A DNA stretch of 64,000 nt, taken from the NCBI GenBank assembly GCA_035624425.1, contig DASPRN010000087.1, positions 184 to 64,183 on the forward strand, written 5' to 3'. The position numbers and the translations under genes are program-made. The notes under the pieces were generated by a model. That model made no database searches and was not told the DNA's origin. It worked only from the letters and a program-made list of their open reading frames with translations. This document shows positions 9,982 to 20,021 of the stretch, piece by piece. The stretch comes from Gaiellaceae bacterium (GTDB lineage: Bacteria > Actinomycetota > Thermoleophilia > Gaiellales > Gaiellaceae). Numbering within the stretch: the stretch's first letter is position 1; the number at the start of each line of letters is the position of its first letter.

Positions 9982-11522
9982 AACTGCCGCTCCTGTCGGG
10001 GAGCAGCGTCGTGGTCGTCGACGCTCCGGAGGACGCGGTCGTCCTGCAGCCGCCGCCTCCCGGCGAGGCGGTTGCCGACGTGCGCGCGGCGCTGCGGGAC
10101 GCGCTCCGCTTCCCGCTCGCCGGCCAGCCGCTCACCGCGCTGGCGCCGAAGGGCGGCCGCGCGACGATCGTGGTCGAGCCGCCCGCGCTGCCGCTGCCGG
10201 CCGCGCAGGTCGATCCCCGCCAGCCGGCGCTCGCTGCGGTCTCGGCCGAGCTGGAGCGTGCGGGGATCCCCGGCGAGCGCCAGACGCTGCTCGTCGCGGG
10301 CGGCCTCCAGCGCAGGCCGGCGCAGCGCGACCTCGAGCGGCTCGGGATCGTCTCGCCCGCCTTCGCGCGCGGCTTCGCGGGCTCGGTCGCGATCCACGAC
10401 GCCGAGGACCCGGAGCTCGCCGAGCTGGGCTCGGCCGGAGGCGTGCCGCTCCGGGTCAACCGGGCGCTCGTCGAGACGGATCTCGTCGTGACGCTCAGCG
10501 CGGCCGAGACCGTGCTGCACGGCGGCCCGGCGACCCTGCTCGGCGCGGCGAACGCCGAGCCCCTGCGCGCGGCCGGCGCCTACTCGCTGCTCGAGACCGG
10601 CGTCTCTCAGGGCTGGAGGATCGCGCTCGAGCTCGAGCGGCTTCTGCTCCGGCGCGTGCCGCTGCTCGGCGCCTCGCTCGTCCTCAACCAGCCCCGGCTG
10701 ACCGGCGCCGCGCGCGGCTACCCGTATGACCCGGAAGCGCTGGAGCGGATCGCCCGCTCACCCTTCCGGCACGGGCTGCGGCTGATGCCCGGCTTTGCGC
10801 GCGACCGCGTCATCCGCTCGTTCCGGCGCGAGCTGAGCGCGGCCGCCGCGTTCGCCGGCCCGCCTTCGGTCGCGCACGCCGAAGCGCTGCTGCGTGCGGT
10901 CGAGGCCCGGTCGGCCACGCTCGAGGGCCAGCTCGACGCGATCTGCATCGGCGTGCCGAGGACGACTCCGCACCTGCCGCGGGAGCGGCCGAACCCGCTG
11001 CTCGCCGCCTACCTCGGCCTCGGGCTGGCTCTGCGCCTCTGGCGCGACCGCTTCCCGGTCGCCGACGGCGGCACCGTGATCCTGCTCAACCGCTTCAACC
11101 GCCACTTCGCGCACCCGACCCAGCAGCCGTACCGCACCGTCTTCCAGGCGCTGGGCACCGGGCCGCGCGAGCCGGAGGAGCTCGCCCAGCTCGAACACGA
11201 GGTCGCGACCGACGCGCGCGAGCTCGCGGGCTACCGCGAAGGACGGACCTGCCACCCGCTGCTGCCGTTCGCCGACTGGGCCGGCTGCGCGCCTGCTCTC
11301 GGCCGGGTCGGCGCGGTCGTCGTCGCCGGCTGCCGGGACGCGGTCGCTGCCCGCCAGCTCGGCTTCGTCCCGGCCGGCGGCCTCGGCGCCGCGCTCGAGA
11401 TGGCCCACGGCCGCGCCGGCGGGCGCGCGCGCGTGGGGTACCTCCTCTCGCCTCCGTATTTTCCGCTCCGCGTTTCGGCCGGACGGCCGAAAGGACGCAC
11501 GAGCGAAGCTCGCGCGTCCTGA
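9978..11522 (+). CDS. LarA-like (DUF2088 / lactate racemase N-terminal domain) protein
   Basis: The N-terminal pattern (..VADVRAALRDALRFPL..ATIVVEP..) and ETVLHGGPATLLG resemble the LarA core. Assignment from memory of the family only. Confidence 0.5.
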   Translation: MKLPLLSGSSVVVVDAPEDAVVLQPPPPGEAVADVRAALRDALRFPLAGQPLTALAPKGGRATIVVEPPALPLPAAQVDPRQPALAAVSAELERAGIPGERQTLLVAGGLQRRPAQRDLERLGIVSPAFARGFAGSVAIHDAEDPELAELGSAGGVPLRVNRALVETDLVVTLSAAETVLHGGPATLLGAANAEPLRAAGAYSLLETGVSQGWRIALELERLLLRRVPLLGASLVLNQPRLTGAARGYPYDPEALERIARSPFRHGLRLMPGFARDRVIRSFRRELSAAAAFAGPPSVAHAEALLRAVEARSATLEGQLDAICIGVPRTTPHLPRERPNPLLAAYLGLGLALRLWRDRFPVADGGTVILLNRFNRHFAHPTQQPYRTVFQALGTGPREPEELAQLEHEVATDARELAGYREGRTCHPLLPFADWAGCAPALGRVGAVVVAGCRDAVAARQLGFVPAGGLGAALEMAHGRAGGRARVGYLLSPPYFPLRVSAGRPKGRTSEARAS

Positions 11523-11547
11523 GACGGCATCGCAAGCGACGCCTCAG
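11519..11547 (-). repeat. Hairpin of the same family between convergent genes
   Basis: Minus strand reads CTGAGGCGTCGCTTGCGATGCCGTCTCAG. The G.T pair works on the minus strand only. Overlaps the LarA-like stop codon. Confidence 0.5.
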
Positions 11548-11567
11548 TTCCCGCTGCGTGTCGTCGT

Positions 11568-12335
11568 CTAGAGGATCGCCGAGAGGAACTGCTTCGTCCG
11601 CTCCTCGCGGGGGGCGGTGAAGAAGTGCTCCGGCGGCCCCTCCTCGATGATCTTCCCGTCGTCCATCATCAGAACGCGGTCGGCGGCCTCGCGGGCAAAT
11701 CCCATCTCGTGGGTGACGACGATCATCGTCGTCTTGAAGTCGAATGCCAGGCTCTTCATCACCTCCAGCACCTCGCCGACGAGCTCCGGATCGAGCGCTG
11801 ACGTGGGCTCGTCGAAGAGCATCAGCTTCGGCCCCATCGCAAGGGCGCGAGCGATCGCGACCCGCTGCTGCTCGCCACCCGAGAGCTGCGACGGGTAGTT
11901 GTCGAGCCGATGCCCGAGCCCGACACGCTCGAGGAGAACCTTCGCCGCCGCGATCGCCTGCTTCTTCGGCACCTTCCTGACGTGTACAGGCGCCTCGATC
12001 ACGTTCTGGAGCGCGGTCATGTGCCCGAACAGGTTGAACTGCTGGAAGACCATCCCGATCTCGGAGCGGTCCCGGCAGACCTCCGCGTCGCGCTGCTCGT
12101 AGATCTTGTCGCCCACCTGGTGGTAGCCCACGAGATCGCCGTCGACCGAGAGGCGGCCCGCGTCGATCTTCTCGAGGTGGTTGATGCAGCGCAGGAAGGT
12201 CGACTTCCCCGACCCGGAAGGACCGATCATGCAGACGACCTCGCCGGCCTCCACCTCGAGCGAGACGCCCTTCAGGACCTCGAGCCGGCCGAAGCGCTTG
12301 CGCACGGCCTCGGCCTTGACCATCGGCGGGCTCAT
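11568..12335 (-). CDS. Polar amino-acid ABC transporter, ATP-binding protein
   Basis: Walker [10 protein letters not shown], signature [15 protein letters not shown], Walker [13 protein letters not shown] (GlnQ/HisP-like). Confidence 0.9.
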   Translation of the reverse strand: MSPPMVKAEAVRKRFGRLEVLKGVSLEVEAGEVVCMIGPSGSGKSTFLRCINHLEKIDAGRLSVDGDLVGYHQVGDKIYEQRDAEVCRDRSEIGMVFQQFNLFGHMTALQNVIEAPVHVRKVPKKQAIAAAKVLLERVGLGHRLDNYPSQLSGGEQQRVAIARALAMGPKLMLFDEPTSALDPELVGEVLEVMKSLAFDFKTTMIVVTHEMGFAREAADRVLMMDDGKIIEEGPPEHFFTAPREERTKQFLSAIL

Positions 12336-13291
12336 CGTCGCTCTCCGGATGCTTCGGCAATCTCTTGGGTCGCTGGTCGGCGCGTGAAGAGATTCCGGCG
12401 GAGACGCTGTAGGGGGGTATCGGGAAGCTCGCGCGAGGCTCCGCGTGCGTAGTGCCGCTCAACGTAGTACTGGCCAATCGTCGCGATCGTCGTGAGAACC
12501 AGGTACCAGATGCAGGCCACGAGCAGAAGCTGGATCACGCGGTAGTTCACGAAGTAGATGAGCTGCGCGGCGTAGAGGAGCTCCGGGGGCGACAGCGCGA
12601 TCACGCTGACGAGCGAGGTCGTCTTCAGCATCGAGATCGTCTCGTTCCCGGTCGGGGGGATGATCACGCGCATCGCCTGCGGGAGGACGATCCGGCGCAT
12701 GGTCAGCAGGCGGGTCATGCCGAGGCTCTGCGCCGCCTGCGTCTGGCCCTCCGGAACCGAGACGATCCCGGCACGCACGATCTCCGCCATGTAGGCGCCC
12801 TCGTTCAGCCCCAGCGCCAGCATCCCGGCCACGAACGGCGTGATCACCGATGCGGCGCTGAAATGCGCGAAGGTCGGGCCGAACGGGATCCCCAGCGAGA
12901 AGCGGGGATAGAGCGCGGCGATGTTGTACCAGAGCAGGATCTGGACGAGCACCGGCGTGCCCCGGAAGAGCCAGATGTAGACCCAGCTCACGCTGGCGAC
13001 GATGGGATTCGGGGAGAGGCGCATCACCGCCAGCAGCACGCCGAGCGCGATCCCGATCGCCATCGCGCTGAGGGTCAGCTCGATCGTGACGACGACACCG
13101 CGGAGGATGCGGTCGTCGAAGAGGAAGTGGCGAATGACTCCCCACTGGAAGCGGGAGTTCGACGCCATCGAGTTGCCGAGCGCGATGCCGAGGAACGCCA
13201 GGATCCCGATCGCCACCCACCGCCCGGGGTGGCGGACCGGGATCGGCTTGATTTCCTCGGAGGCGGCAGGCTCCGCGGTGTCGGTCGCCAT
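12332..13291 (-). CDS. Polar amino-acid ABC transporter permease
   Basis: Multi-TM protein with an EAA-like loop ([21 protein letters not shown]). ATGA overlap with the ATPase gene. Confidence 0.85.
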   Translation of the reverse strand: MATDTAEPAASEEIKPIPVRHPGRWVAIGILAFLGIALGNSMASNSRFQWGVIRHFLFDDRILRGVVVTIELTLSAMAIGIALGVLLAVMRLSPNPIVASVSWVYIWLFRGTPVLVQILLWYNIAALYPRFSLGIPFGPTFAHFSAASVITPFVAGMLALGLNEGAYMAEIVRAGIVSVPEGQTQAAQSLGMTRLLTMRRIVLPQAMRVIIPPTGNETISMLKTTSLVSVIALSPPELLYAAQLIYFVNYRVIQLLLVACIWYLVLTTIATIGQYYVERHYARGASRELPDTPLQRLRRNLFTRRPATQEIAEASGERR

Positions 13292-13316
13292 CCCGAGCCT
13301 CGGCGCGCGCCTCCGC

Positions 13317-14237
13317 CTAGCTGATCGCGCCGTTGATCGTCGGGTTGGTGATCGCGCCCGCCTGGACCCCGTACTTCTGCAGGATCTTCGTGTATGTGCC
13401 GTTGGCCATCAGCTGCTTCAGGGCGTCGAGAATCGGCTTGGCCATCCCGTTGCCCTTCGGGATCGCGATCCCGTACGGGGCGTTGTTGTACGACTTGCCG
13501 GTGACCTTGAACTGCCCGTTCGACTGCTTCGCGATGTACGCCGCGACGGGCGAATCGGCCATGCCCACCTGCTGCCGTCCGCTCGAGATCGCCAGGTTTG
13601 CGGAACTCTGGTCAGGGTAGGTGGCGACCTTCACGCCGGGCTTCCCGGCGCTCTTGCATTTCGCGCTCTGGGCCTTCGCGTCGTCGGCCTGGGTGGTCCC
13701 GCTCTCGACCCCGGCCGAGTGGCCGCAGAGATCGGCGAGCGAGTTGATCGTAGGTCCACCGGAGGTCTTCACGTAGAAGGACGTGCCCGCCGTAAAGTAC
13801 GTGACGAAGTCGATGACCTTCTGGCGCTCCTTGGTATCAGTGAAGGAGGACAGGCTGAGACCGTACTTGCCGGCCTGAATGCCAGGGATGATCGTTGCGA
13901 AGGTGGCGTTGACGAGCTTGACCTTCAGCCCGAGCACGTTGCCCAGCGCCTGAGCGAGCTCGGGATCCCAGCCGGTGACCGTCTTGCCGTTGGACGCGAC
14001 GAATTCATTCGGCGGATAGGTCGCGTCCGTCGCGACCGTCAGCATCCCCTTGGACTTGATCGCGGCGGGGACCTCTGCGGCGATCTTGCTGTTCGCTCCG
14101 GTGGTCGACGTAGCCGTGGTCGTGGCGGTCGAAGTCCCACCCGGGCTCGCCTTCTTGCTGCCGCAACCAGCCGCGACGAGCACCGTGAGCGCGAGCAGGA
14201 GGAGCCCTGCTGCAAAAAGCTTCTTTGGCGGTCGCAT
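13317..14237 (-). CDS. Amino-acid ABC transporter substrate-binding lipoprotein
   Basis: Signal peptide plus lipobox (LVAAGCGS) from ATG 14237. Family-3 SBP-like body. GGAAGGAAG upstream. Confidence 0.8.
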   Translation of the reverse strand: MRPPKKLFAAGLLLLALTVLVAAGCGSKKASPGGTSTATTTATSTTGANSKIAAEVPAAIKSKGMLTVATDATYPPNEFVASNGKTVTGWDPELAQALGNVLGLKVKLVNATFATIIPGIQAGKYGLSLSSFTDTKERQKVIDFVTYFTAGTSFYVKTSGGPTINSLADLCGHSAGVESGTTQADDAKAQSAKCKSAGKPGVKVATYPDQSSANLAISSGRQQVGMADSPVAAYIAKQSNGQFKVTGKSYNNAPYGIAIPKGNGMAKPILDALKQLMANGTYTKILQKYGVQAGAITNPTINGAIS

Positions 14238-14318
14238 CACACTTCCTTCCCTCTGCTGGAGGCCGGGCCGCCAACTATCCCGGCCGGTCAAGCACAAATC
14301 GTACTCCGCCGCGCTCCG

Positions 14319-15029
14319 CTAGTCCTCGCCGAGATAGGTCTTGCGGACCTGCTCGTTCTCGCGGAGCGACTTGGCGTCGTCGGCGAGCGCGACGCGGCCG
14401 GTCTCGAGCACGTAGCCGCGCTTGGCGACCTCGAGCGCCATCAGCGCGTTCTGCTCGACGAGCAGGATCGGGGTGCCCTCGTTGTTGATCTCGACCAGCG
14501 TCTCGAAGATCCGCTCGACCAGAACGGGGGCGAGCCCCATCGAGGGCTCGTCCAGCAGTAGCAGCTTTGGCCGCGCCATCATCGCGCGCCCGATCGCGCA
14601 CATCTGCTGCTCACCGCCGGACATCGTCCCCGCCTTCTGCGTCTTGCGCTCGGCAAGGCGCGGGAAGAGCGTGAAGACGTGATCCATGTCCTCCTTGATC
14701 CCCTGCCTGTCGGTTCGCTGGAAGGCTCCCATCTCGAGGTTCTCCATCACGCTCATCCGGGGGAAGAGCTTGCGGCCCTCAGGGGCCTGCGCGATCCCGT
14801 TCTTGACGATGTTGTGCGGAGCCTCCTGCGTGATGTTCTCGCCCTGGAAGGTGATCGTCCCCTTGCGAGGGTGGTTGAGCCCGTTGATCGAGCGCAAGGT
14901 CGTCGACTTGCCGGCGCCGTTCGCGCCGATCAGCGTCACGATCTCGCCCTCGTCGACCTCCAGCGAGACGCCCTTGAGGGCGTGGATCGACCCGTAGTAG
15001 GTGTGGACGTCCTCGAGCTTGAGGATCAC
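14319..15029 (-). CDS. livF: Branched-chain amino-acid ABC transporter ATP-binding protein (LivF-type)
   Basis: GANGAGKSTT, MSGGEQQM, LLLLDEPS. Confidence 0.88.
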   Translation of the reverse strand: MILKLEDVHTYYGSIHALKGVSLEVDEGEIVTLIGANGAGKSTTLRSINGLNHPRKGTITFQGENITQEAPHNIVKNGIAQAPEGRKLFPRMSVMENLEMGAFQRTDRQGIKEDMDHVFTLFPRLAERKTQKAGTMSGGEQQMCAIGRAMMARPKLLLLDEPSMGLAPVLVERIFETLVEINNEGTPILLVEQNALMALEVAKRGYVLETGRVALADDAKSLRENEQVRKTYLGED

Positions 15030-15802
15030 TGGGCCACCGCCGCCGATCCCAGGTACGCCTCGATGACGCGCGGGTCGCGCTGGACCTCCTTCGGCCCGCC
15101 CTCGGCGATCTTCTCGCCGTAGTCGAGCACGGTAACCCGATCGGAGATGCCCATCACGACGCGCATGTCGTGCTCGATCATCAGCACCGCGACCTTCTGC
15201 TCGACGCGGAGCTTCGCGACGAAGCTGGTGAAGTCGGCCGACTCCTGCGGGTTCATGCCGGCAGTCGGCTCGTCGAGCAGCAAGAGCTTCGGCTCGGTCG
15301 CGAGCGCGCGGGCCACCTCGAGCCGGCGCTGGTCGCCGTACGGAAGGCTGTTCGCAGTCGCGTCATCCCGCCTCTGGAGCCCGACGAACTTGAGCAGCTC
15401 CCTGGCGCGCTCGGTCGCCTCACGCTCCTCGCGCTTGATGCCGGGGGTGTGCAGAACGCTGCGGACGATGCCGCCCTTCAGCCGCGAGTGCATGCCGACG
15501 AGCACGTTCTCGAGCGAGGTCATGTTCTGGAAGAGGCGGATGTTCTGGAACGTCCGGCCGATCCCGCGCGCGGTGATCGCGTGCGGCGGCTTGCCCGTGA
15601 TGTCCTCGCCGGCGAACACGATCCGGCCGGCCGTCGGCTTGTAGACGCCGGTCAGCATGTTGAAGAACGTTGTCTTGCCGGCGCCGTTGGGCCCGATCAG
15701 GCTGACGATCGCCCCCTCCGGGATCGTGAAGTCGACGTCGTTGACCGCGACGAGGCCGCCGAACTCCTTCCGGACCATCTGGGCTGTCAGCAGGTCGGCC
15801 AT
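15026..15802 (-). CDS. livG: Branched-chain amino-acid ABC transporter ATP-binding protein (LivG-type)
   Basis: GPNGAGKTTFFN, LPYGDQRRLEVARAL, LLLLDEPTAGM. Confidence 0.88.
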   Translation of the reverse strand: MADLLTAQMVRKEFGGLVAVNDVDFTIPEGAIVSLIGPNGAGKTTFFNMLTGVYKPTAGRIVFAGEDITGKPPHAITARGIGRTFQNIRLFQNMTSLENVLVGMHSRLKGGIVRSVLHTPGIKREEREATERARELLKFVGLQRRDDATANSLPYGDQRRLEVARALATEPKLLLLDEPTAGMNPQESADFTSFVAKLRVEQKVAVLMIEHDMRVVMGISDRVTVLDYGEKIAEGGPKEVQRDPRVIEAYLGSAAVAQ

Positions 15803-17160
15803 CAGTTCCCCTCGTGCTGGACGTCGTACAGGTACTCCTCGGCGAACTCTCCCCCCTCGTGGAACTCGGCCGCGCGTCTCGTGCTCGGGATCAGCCCCTC
15901 GGGCCGGAAGAGCATCGTGACCAGCAGGATCACCCCGAAGATCCCGAACTCGTACTTGGGCACGGTGTCACCACTGAGAATGTGGAGATGTGTATGCATC
16001 CAGGCTCCGCTGTCCGCCAGACCCTCCTGGTCCAGGTAGGCGAGGAAGGCCCCGCCGAAGATCACCCCCCAGATGTTGCCCATGCCGCCGAGGATGACCA
16101 TGCAGAGGATGAAGACGGAGATGTTGAAGAAGAAGTCACCGGGGAACGTCGCGCTCTTGAAGCTGGCGTAGTAGGCGCCGGCGATCCCACCGAAGAAGGC
16201 GCCCGACGCATAGGCCCACGTCTTCGTCCGCATCAGCGGAACTCCCATCGCGGCGGCGGCGGTCTCGTCCTCGCGGATTGCGATCCAGGCGCGGCCGAGC
16301 CGCGAGTCGCGCAGGCGCACCGAGCAGAAGATCGTGAACAGGAGCAGGAGCAAGCCGGTCCAGTAGAAGAGGCGCTCGGAGGTCCAGAAGGTCCCCGAGC
16401 CGGTCAGGTAGTTGACGCCGAAGAAGCCTGGCGAGTCGATGGGCGTGATCCCGTTCGGGCCATTCGTCAGGTTGAAGCCGGTGCCGAAGAAGTTGTCGCT
16501 GTTGCGCGCGATCTGCGGCAGGATCTCGCCGAAGCCGAGCGTCACGATCGCGAGGTAGTCGCCGCGCAGGCGCAGCGTCGGCAGGCCGATGATCACGCCG
16601 ACCCCCGCGGTCAAGAAGCCGGCCGCGATCAGCAGCAGCCAGATCGAGATGTGGAAGCCGGGGAGGTTGTGGGCGACGCCGACCGCGCCGAAGTGGACGT
16701 TGGCGTGCGGGAACTGCACCGAGGCGAACCAGGCCGCCACGTAGGCGCCGATCGCGTAGAAGGCGACGTAGCCGAGATCCAGGAGCCCCGCGTAGCCGAC
16801 GACGATGTTGAGGCCGACGGCCATCATGATGAAGACGAGCATCACGACGCCGGTCGACACGCTTGGGAACTCACCGAAGATCGGGACGGTGAACAGCTTG
16901 TCCCAGAAGAAGGGGTACGTGAACGCGATGACGATCGCGATCGTCGCCCGGGCATACCGGCCCACGACGGGCACGTCCTCCCACGGCGGGACGTAGATGA
17001 TCGCCAGGACCGCGAGGAAGTAGAAGGTCGAGATGTCGAGGCTGCCGAAGCCGTGTTCGGCGGCTACCGCGATCAGGAGCAGCACGGCCCCGATCCCCAT
17101 TCGCAGCCCGCGGCTCTGCAGGCCGGCGGCGTCGATGTCGGACCGCGCCACCCTAGCCAC
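15802..17160 (-). CDS. livM: Branched-chain amino-acid ABC permease (LivM-type)
   Basis: 452-aa polytopic membrane protein in liv operon order. Confidence 0.85.
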   Translation of the reverse strand: MARVARSDIDAAGLQSRGLRMGIGAVLLLIAVAAEHGFGSLDISTFYFLAVLAIIYVPPWEDVPVVGRYARATIAIVIAFTYPFFWDKLFTVPIFGEFPSVSTGVVMLVFIMMAVGLNIVVGYAGLLDLGYVAFYAIGAYVAAWFASVQFPHANVHFGAVGVAHNLPGFHISIWLLLIAAGFLTAGVGVIIGLPTLRLRGDYLAIVTLGFGEILPQIARNSDNFFGTGFNLTNGPNGITPIDSPGFFGVNYLTGSGTFWTSERLFYWTGLLLLLFTIFCSVRLRDSRLGRAWIAIREDETAAAAMGVPLMRTKTWAYASGAFFGGIAGAYYASFKSATFPGDFFFNISVFILCMVILGGMGNIWGVIFGGAFLAYLDQEGLADSGAWMHTHLHILSGDTVPKYEFGIFGVILLVTMLFRPEGLIPSTRRAAEFHEGGEFAEEYLYDVQHEGN

Positions 17161-18214
17161 CTTCCGGTGTCCTCTCGCCGAGGAGCCCCTCGGGGCGGAA
17201 GACCAGGATCAGGATCAGGAGCCCGAAGACGATCGACTGGGTCCAGTCACTTCCGGGGGCGTGCCAGGTAAGACCCTCGTTGAACGCCTGGATCAGCCCG
17301 ATCAGGACCGCTCCGAGGACGGCTCCCGGCAGGTTGCCGATCCCGCCGAAGACAGCCGCGGTGAAAGCGATCAGGCCGAGCTGGAAGCCCTGATCGAAGC
17401 GGACCGACCCGGCGTAGAGCGCATAGAGCAGGCCCGCGACGCCGGCGAGCGCACCGGCGATCAGGAACGTGAACGAGATCGTGCGATTGACGTTGATCCC
17501 CATCATCGCGGCGGCGTCCTTGTCCTGGGCAACCGCGCGCATCGCCTTCCCCTGGCGCGTGCGCTGTACGAGCCAGACGAGCAGCAGGAGGACCGGAGTC
17601 GTGACGATCAGGACGATCAGCTTTTCCCAGGTGTACTCGACGCCATGGGTCGAGAAGACGGTCCCGGTCGGCAGCACGGACGCCGTCTGCACGTAGTTGG
17701 GCCCCTTCCAGGCGAGCCCGACGTTCTGGAGGATGAAGGAGGCGCCGATCGCCGTGATCAGCGGCGCCAGGCGAGGCGCGTGGCGCAGCCGCCGGTAGGC
17801 GATCAGCTCGACAGTGACGTTCAGCCCTCCGCAGAAGGCCATGCAGATGAGCAAGGCCACGATCACGAGCGGCCAGAGCACGTACCAGGCCTGGCCCTGG
17901 TGGAGGTTGAAGAGGCTCGTGCCGACGACCGTCACCGCCATCATCGAGCCGAGCATGAAGACGTCGCCGTGCGCGAAGTTGATCAGCTCCAGGATGCCGT
18001 AGACAAGGGTGTAGCCCAGCGCGATCAGCGCGTAGAGGGCGCCGACTGTGAAGCCGATCAGGAAGATCTGGATGAAGTCGGACGGCGTCTTGTAGAAGTT
18101 GACGCCGAGCCAGGCCACGAGGAGCAGGACGAGCGACAGCCCGACGATGCCGGTGACGCTCGGCCGGTAGCCCGTGCGTGCCGCCAACGGTTGTTGACTC
18201 GCCTCTGAGACCAC
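17153..18214 (-). CDS. livH: Branched-chain amino-acid ABC permease (LivH-type)
   Basis: 353-aa polytopic membrane protein with INFAHGD motif. GTG start preceded by AGGAGAGG. Confidence 0.85.
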   Translation of the reverse strand: MVSEASQQPLAARTGYRPSVTGIVGLSLVLLLVAWLGVNFYKTPSDFIQIFLIGFTVGALYALIALGYTLVYGILELINFAHGDVFMLGSMMAVTVVGTSLFNLHQGQAWYVLWPLVIVALLICMAFCGGLNVTVELIAYRRLRHAPRLAPLITAIGASFILQNVGLAWKGPNYVQTASVLPTGTVFSTHGVEYTWEKLIVLIVTTPVLLLLVWLVQRTRQGKAMRAVAQDKDAAAMMGINVNRTISFTFLIAGALAGVAGLLYALYAGSVRFDQGFQLGLIAFTAAVFGGIGNLPGAVLGAVLIGLIQAFNEGLTWHAPGSDWTQSIVFGLLILILVFRPEGLLGERTPEGG

Positions 18215-18232
18215 GCGCCTCTCCTGAAGCGG

Positions 18233-18264
18233 CTTGGGGGAGAGCCCGTGGGCCCTCCCCCAAG
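18233..18264 (-). promoter_or_regulatory. Strong intercistronic hairpin between the liv SBP gene and livH
   Basis: CTTGGGGGAG..GCCC-GT-GGGC..CTCCCCCAAG. No U tract. Confidence 0.5.
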
Positions 18265-18283
18265 CCGTGCTTGCCGATTCCCG

Positions 18284-19612
18284 CTAGGCCGCAGCCACCA
18301 GATTCGCGGGCGGAACCACGACCTTGAAGGTCTTGCCCGTGCCGCTCTTGCCCGAGCCGACCTGCTGGTAGACGGTGACCGGGTTCTTGGTCGTGTCACC
18401 GTTGGAGTTGATCGTGAAGGATCCGAGAATGCCGTCGGTCACCTTCGTGTGGAGGAGGTGGTTGGTGACGCTTGGGCGCGTGCCGTCCGACGCCGCGATC
18501 GCAGCGAGCAGCACGGCGATCGACTGGGCAGCGTACGTCGAGTACGGGTTCACCGCCGTGCCGATCTGGGCTCCGAAGTTCTGGACGAAGTCCTTGCCGG
18601 CGCCGGTAAGATTCTCCGGCGGCTGGCCGGCGACGGTGATGTACATGCCGACGCCCGACGCCCCGTTTGCCGTGAAGTCGCTGAAGCCGTCCGGAGCCAT
18701 CAGCTTCACGCCGGGGAGCCCCGCCTTCAGGTCCGAGATCAGCTTCGCGCCGTTCTCGCAGATGAGGCCGCCGAGGAAGACCCAGTCCGCGCCGGACTGC
18801 TTGATCCTCGTGGCGAGCGCCTCGTAGCTCGACGCCTTGGGATCCCAGGCGGTGAAGCCGACGACCTTCAGCCCGAGCTTGGCTGCCGAGTTCTTCGTGT
18901 CCGTCGCGACGCCGAGGCCGTAGGCCTCCTTGTCGTTGAGGATGAAGACCTTCTTGGCGCCCTGCTTTTGCATGAACAACGCGTCGGCGGCTCCCTGGAA
19001 GTCGTCTGCGGCCACCATCCGGATGTAGTTGCGCTTCCCCGTCGGGTAGTACTTCTCAGGCTCGCCCGGCACGGTTCCCGGACCGCTGTGCGTGAGGCCG
19101 ACGTAGGTGTTCGCGGGGCTGACCATGCCCACCGGGCCGCCCGCCACCCGGTTCAGGATCGGGATGATGATCTCGGCACAGCCGGAGTTGAAGGTCCCGA
19201 TTACGCCGATCACGCTCTTGTTCTGCGCGTAGGCATTGCCGTTCGCCGAGCACTTGCCGGAAACCCACTTGCCGGCCTGCGCGGTCGAGTCGTCACAGGA
19301 CTGGTAGCCGACGGTGTACTTGCCGGCCTTGAAGTCCGCCTTCTTGAGCATGTACTTGATCGCGTCCGTCATCTGGATCGTCTGCGTCCGGCCGGAGCCC
19401 TGCAGCGGGAGATCGGACGGGATGATGTAGGTCGGCTTGCCGGAGCCCTGGTAGTAGATCGGCCCGCAGGACGAGGCGGGCAGTGCCGTCGCGCCGCCGC
19501 CGCCGCTACTTGAGGTGCTGCTGCTGCTGCTCTTCTTGCTCCCGCAGGCAGATGCCATCAGAGCGAATACCAGGGTCAAGACGACCCCTCCAAGAATGAT
19601 GCCTCGCCTCAC
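18284..19612 (-). CDS. Leu/Ile/Val-type ABC substrate-binding lipoprotein
   Basis: Lipobox LMASACGS. I prefer GTG 19612, directly after GGAGGAGG, over the track start at 19660. Confidence 0.82.
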   Translation of the reverse strand: MRRGIILGGVVLTLVFALMASACGSKKSSSSSTSSSGGGGATALPASSCGPIYYQGSGKPTYIIPSDLPLQGSGRTQTIQMTDAIKYMLKKADFKAGKYTVGYQSCDDSTAQAGKWVSGKCSANGNAYAQNKSVIGVIGTFNSGCAEIIIPILNRVAGGPVGMVSPANTYVGLTHSGPGTVPGEPEKYYPTGKRNYIRMVAADDFQGAADALFMQKQGAKKVFILNDKEAYGLGVATDTKNSAAKLGLKVVGFTAWDPKASSYEALATRIKQSGADWVFLGGLICENGAKLISDLKAGLPGVKLMAPDGFSDFTANGASGVGMYITVAGQPPENLTGAGKDFVQNFGAQIGTAVNPYSTYAAQSIAVLLAAIAASDGTRPSVTNHLLHTKVTDGILGSFTINSNGDTTKNPVTVYQQVGSGKSGTGKTFKVVVPPANLVAAA

Positions 19613-19675
19613 GCCTCCTCCTTCGTCAGCCGGATCCGTCACATCGAGCGCAGGCACCACTGCCCGCTGAAGGCG

Positions 19676-19705
19676 AGTATGGAGCGATTGGCGGCCCTAT
19701 TGCAA
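19676..19705 (-). promoter_or_regulatory. Promoter TTGCAA-18nt-CATACT for the liv operon
   Basis: About 60 nt upstream of the GTG at 19612, which has a strong SD. Confidence 0.4.
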
Positions 19706-19833
19706 GCGAGTACCGCGGATAACGGAGCACGGGTGAACCGATGGTTCCCCTGTGAGCCCTCTCCTACTTGCCCGAGGAGCCGTGGCAAGGCTCGGCAAGA
19801 ACGCGGTCCTGCCGAGCCGGCGACCGGCCGCGA

Positions 19834-19839
19834 TACCCT
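19834..19839 (+). promoter_or_regulatory. -10-like TACCCT, 9 nt upstream of the tRNA-Leu 5' end
   Basis: Matches the TANNNT pattern; the position fits a 2-3 nt 5' leader. Confidence 0.3.
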
Positions 19840-19848
19840 AGGCCTCAG

Positions 19849-19937
<89 letters not shown>

Positions 19938-20009
19938 GGCGTGGCTATGCGCCCGTTCAGACGCGGTTCGGTGATGACGGCGATGCCCGTGCTCGCAGCG
20001 CCTGGCCCG

Positions 20010-20015
20010 TAGGAT
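20010..20015 (+). promoter_or_regulatory. -10-like TAGGAT, 6 nt upstream of the pfkA GTG (leaderless)
   Basis: TAGGAT-GCGACC-GTG; no SD. Confidence 0.5.
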
Positions 20016-20021
20016 GCGACC

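Noticed and set aside
15961-16000. GAATGTGGAGATGTGTATGCAT inside livM, which resembles the GAATGTGCCGAATGTGTG motif and uses several A/T-ending codons.
   Set aside because: The GTGMC cores are not conserved (GTGGA, GTGTA), the spacing is 8-10 rather than 11, and it lies mid-gene on the antisense strand. I treat it as chance.
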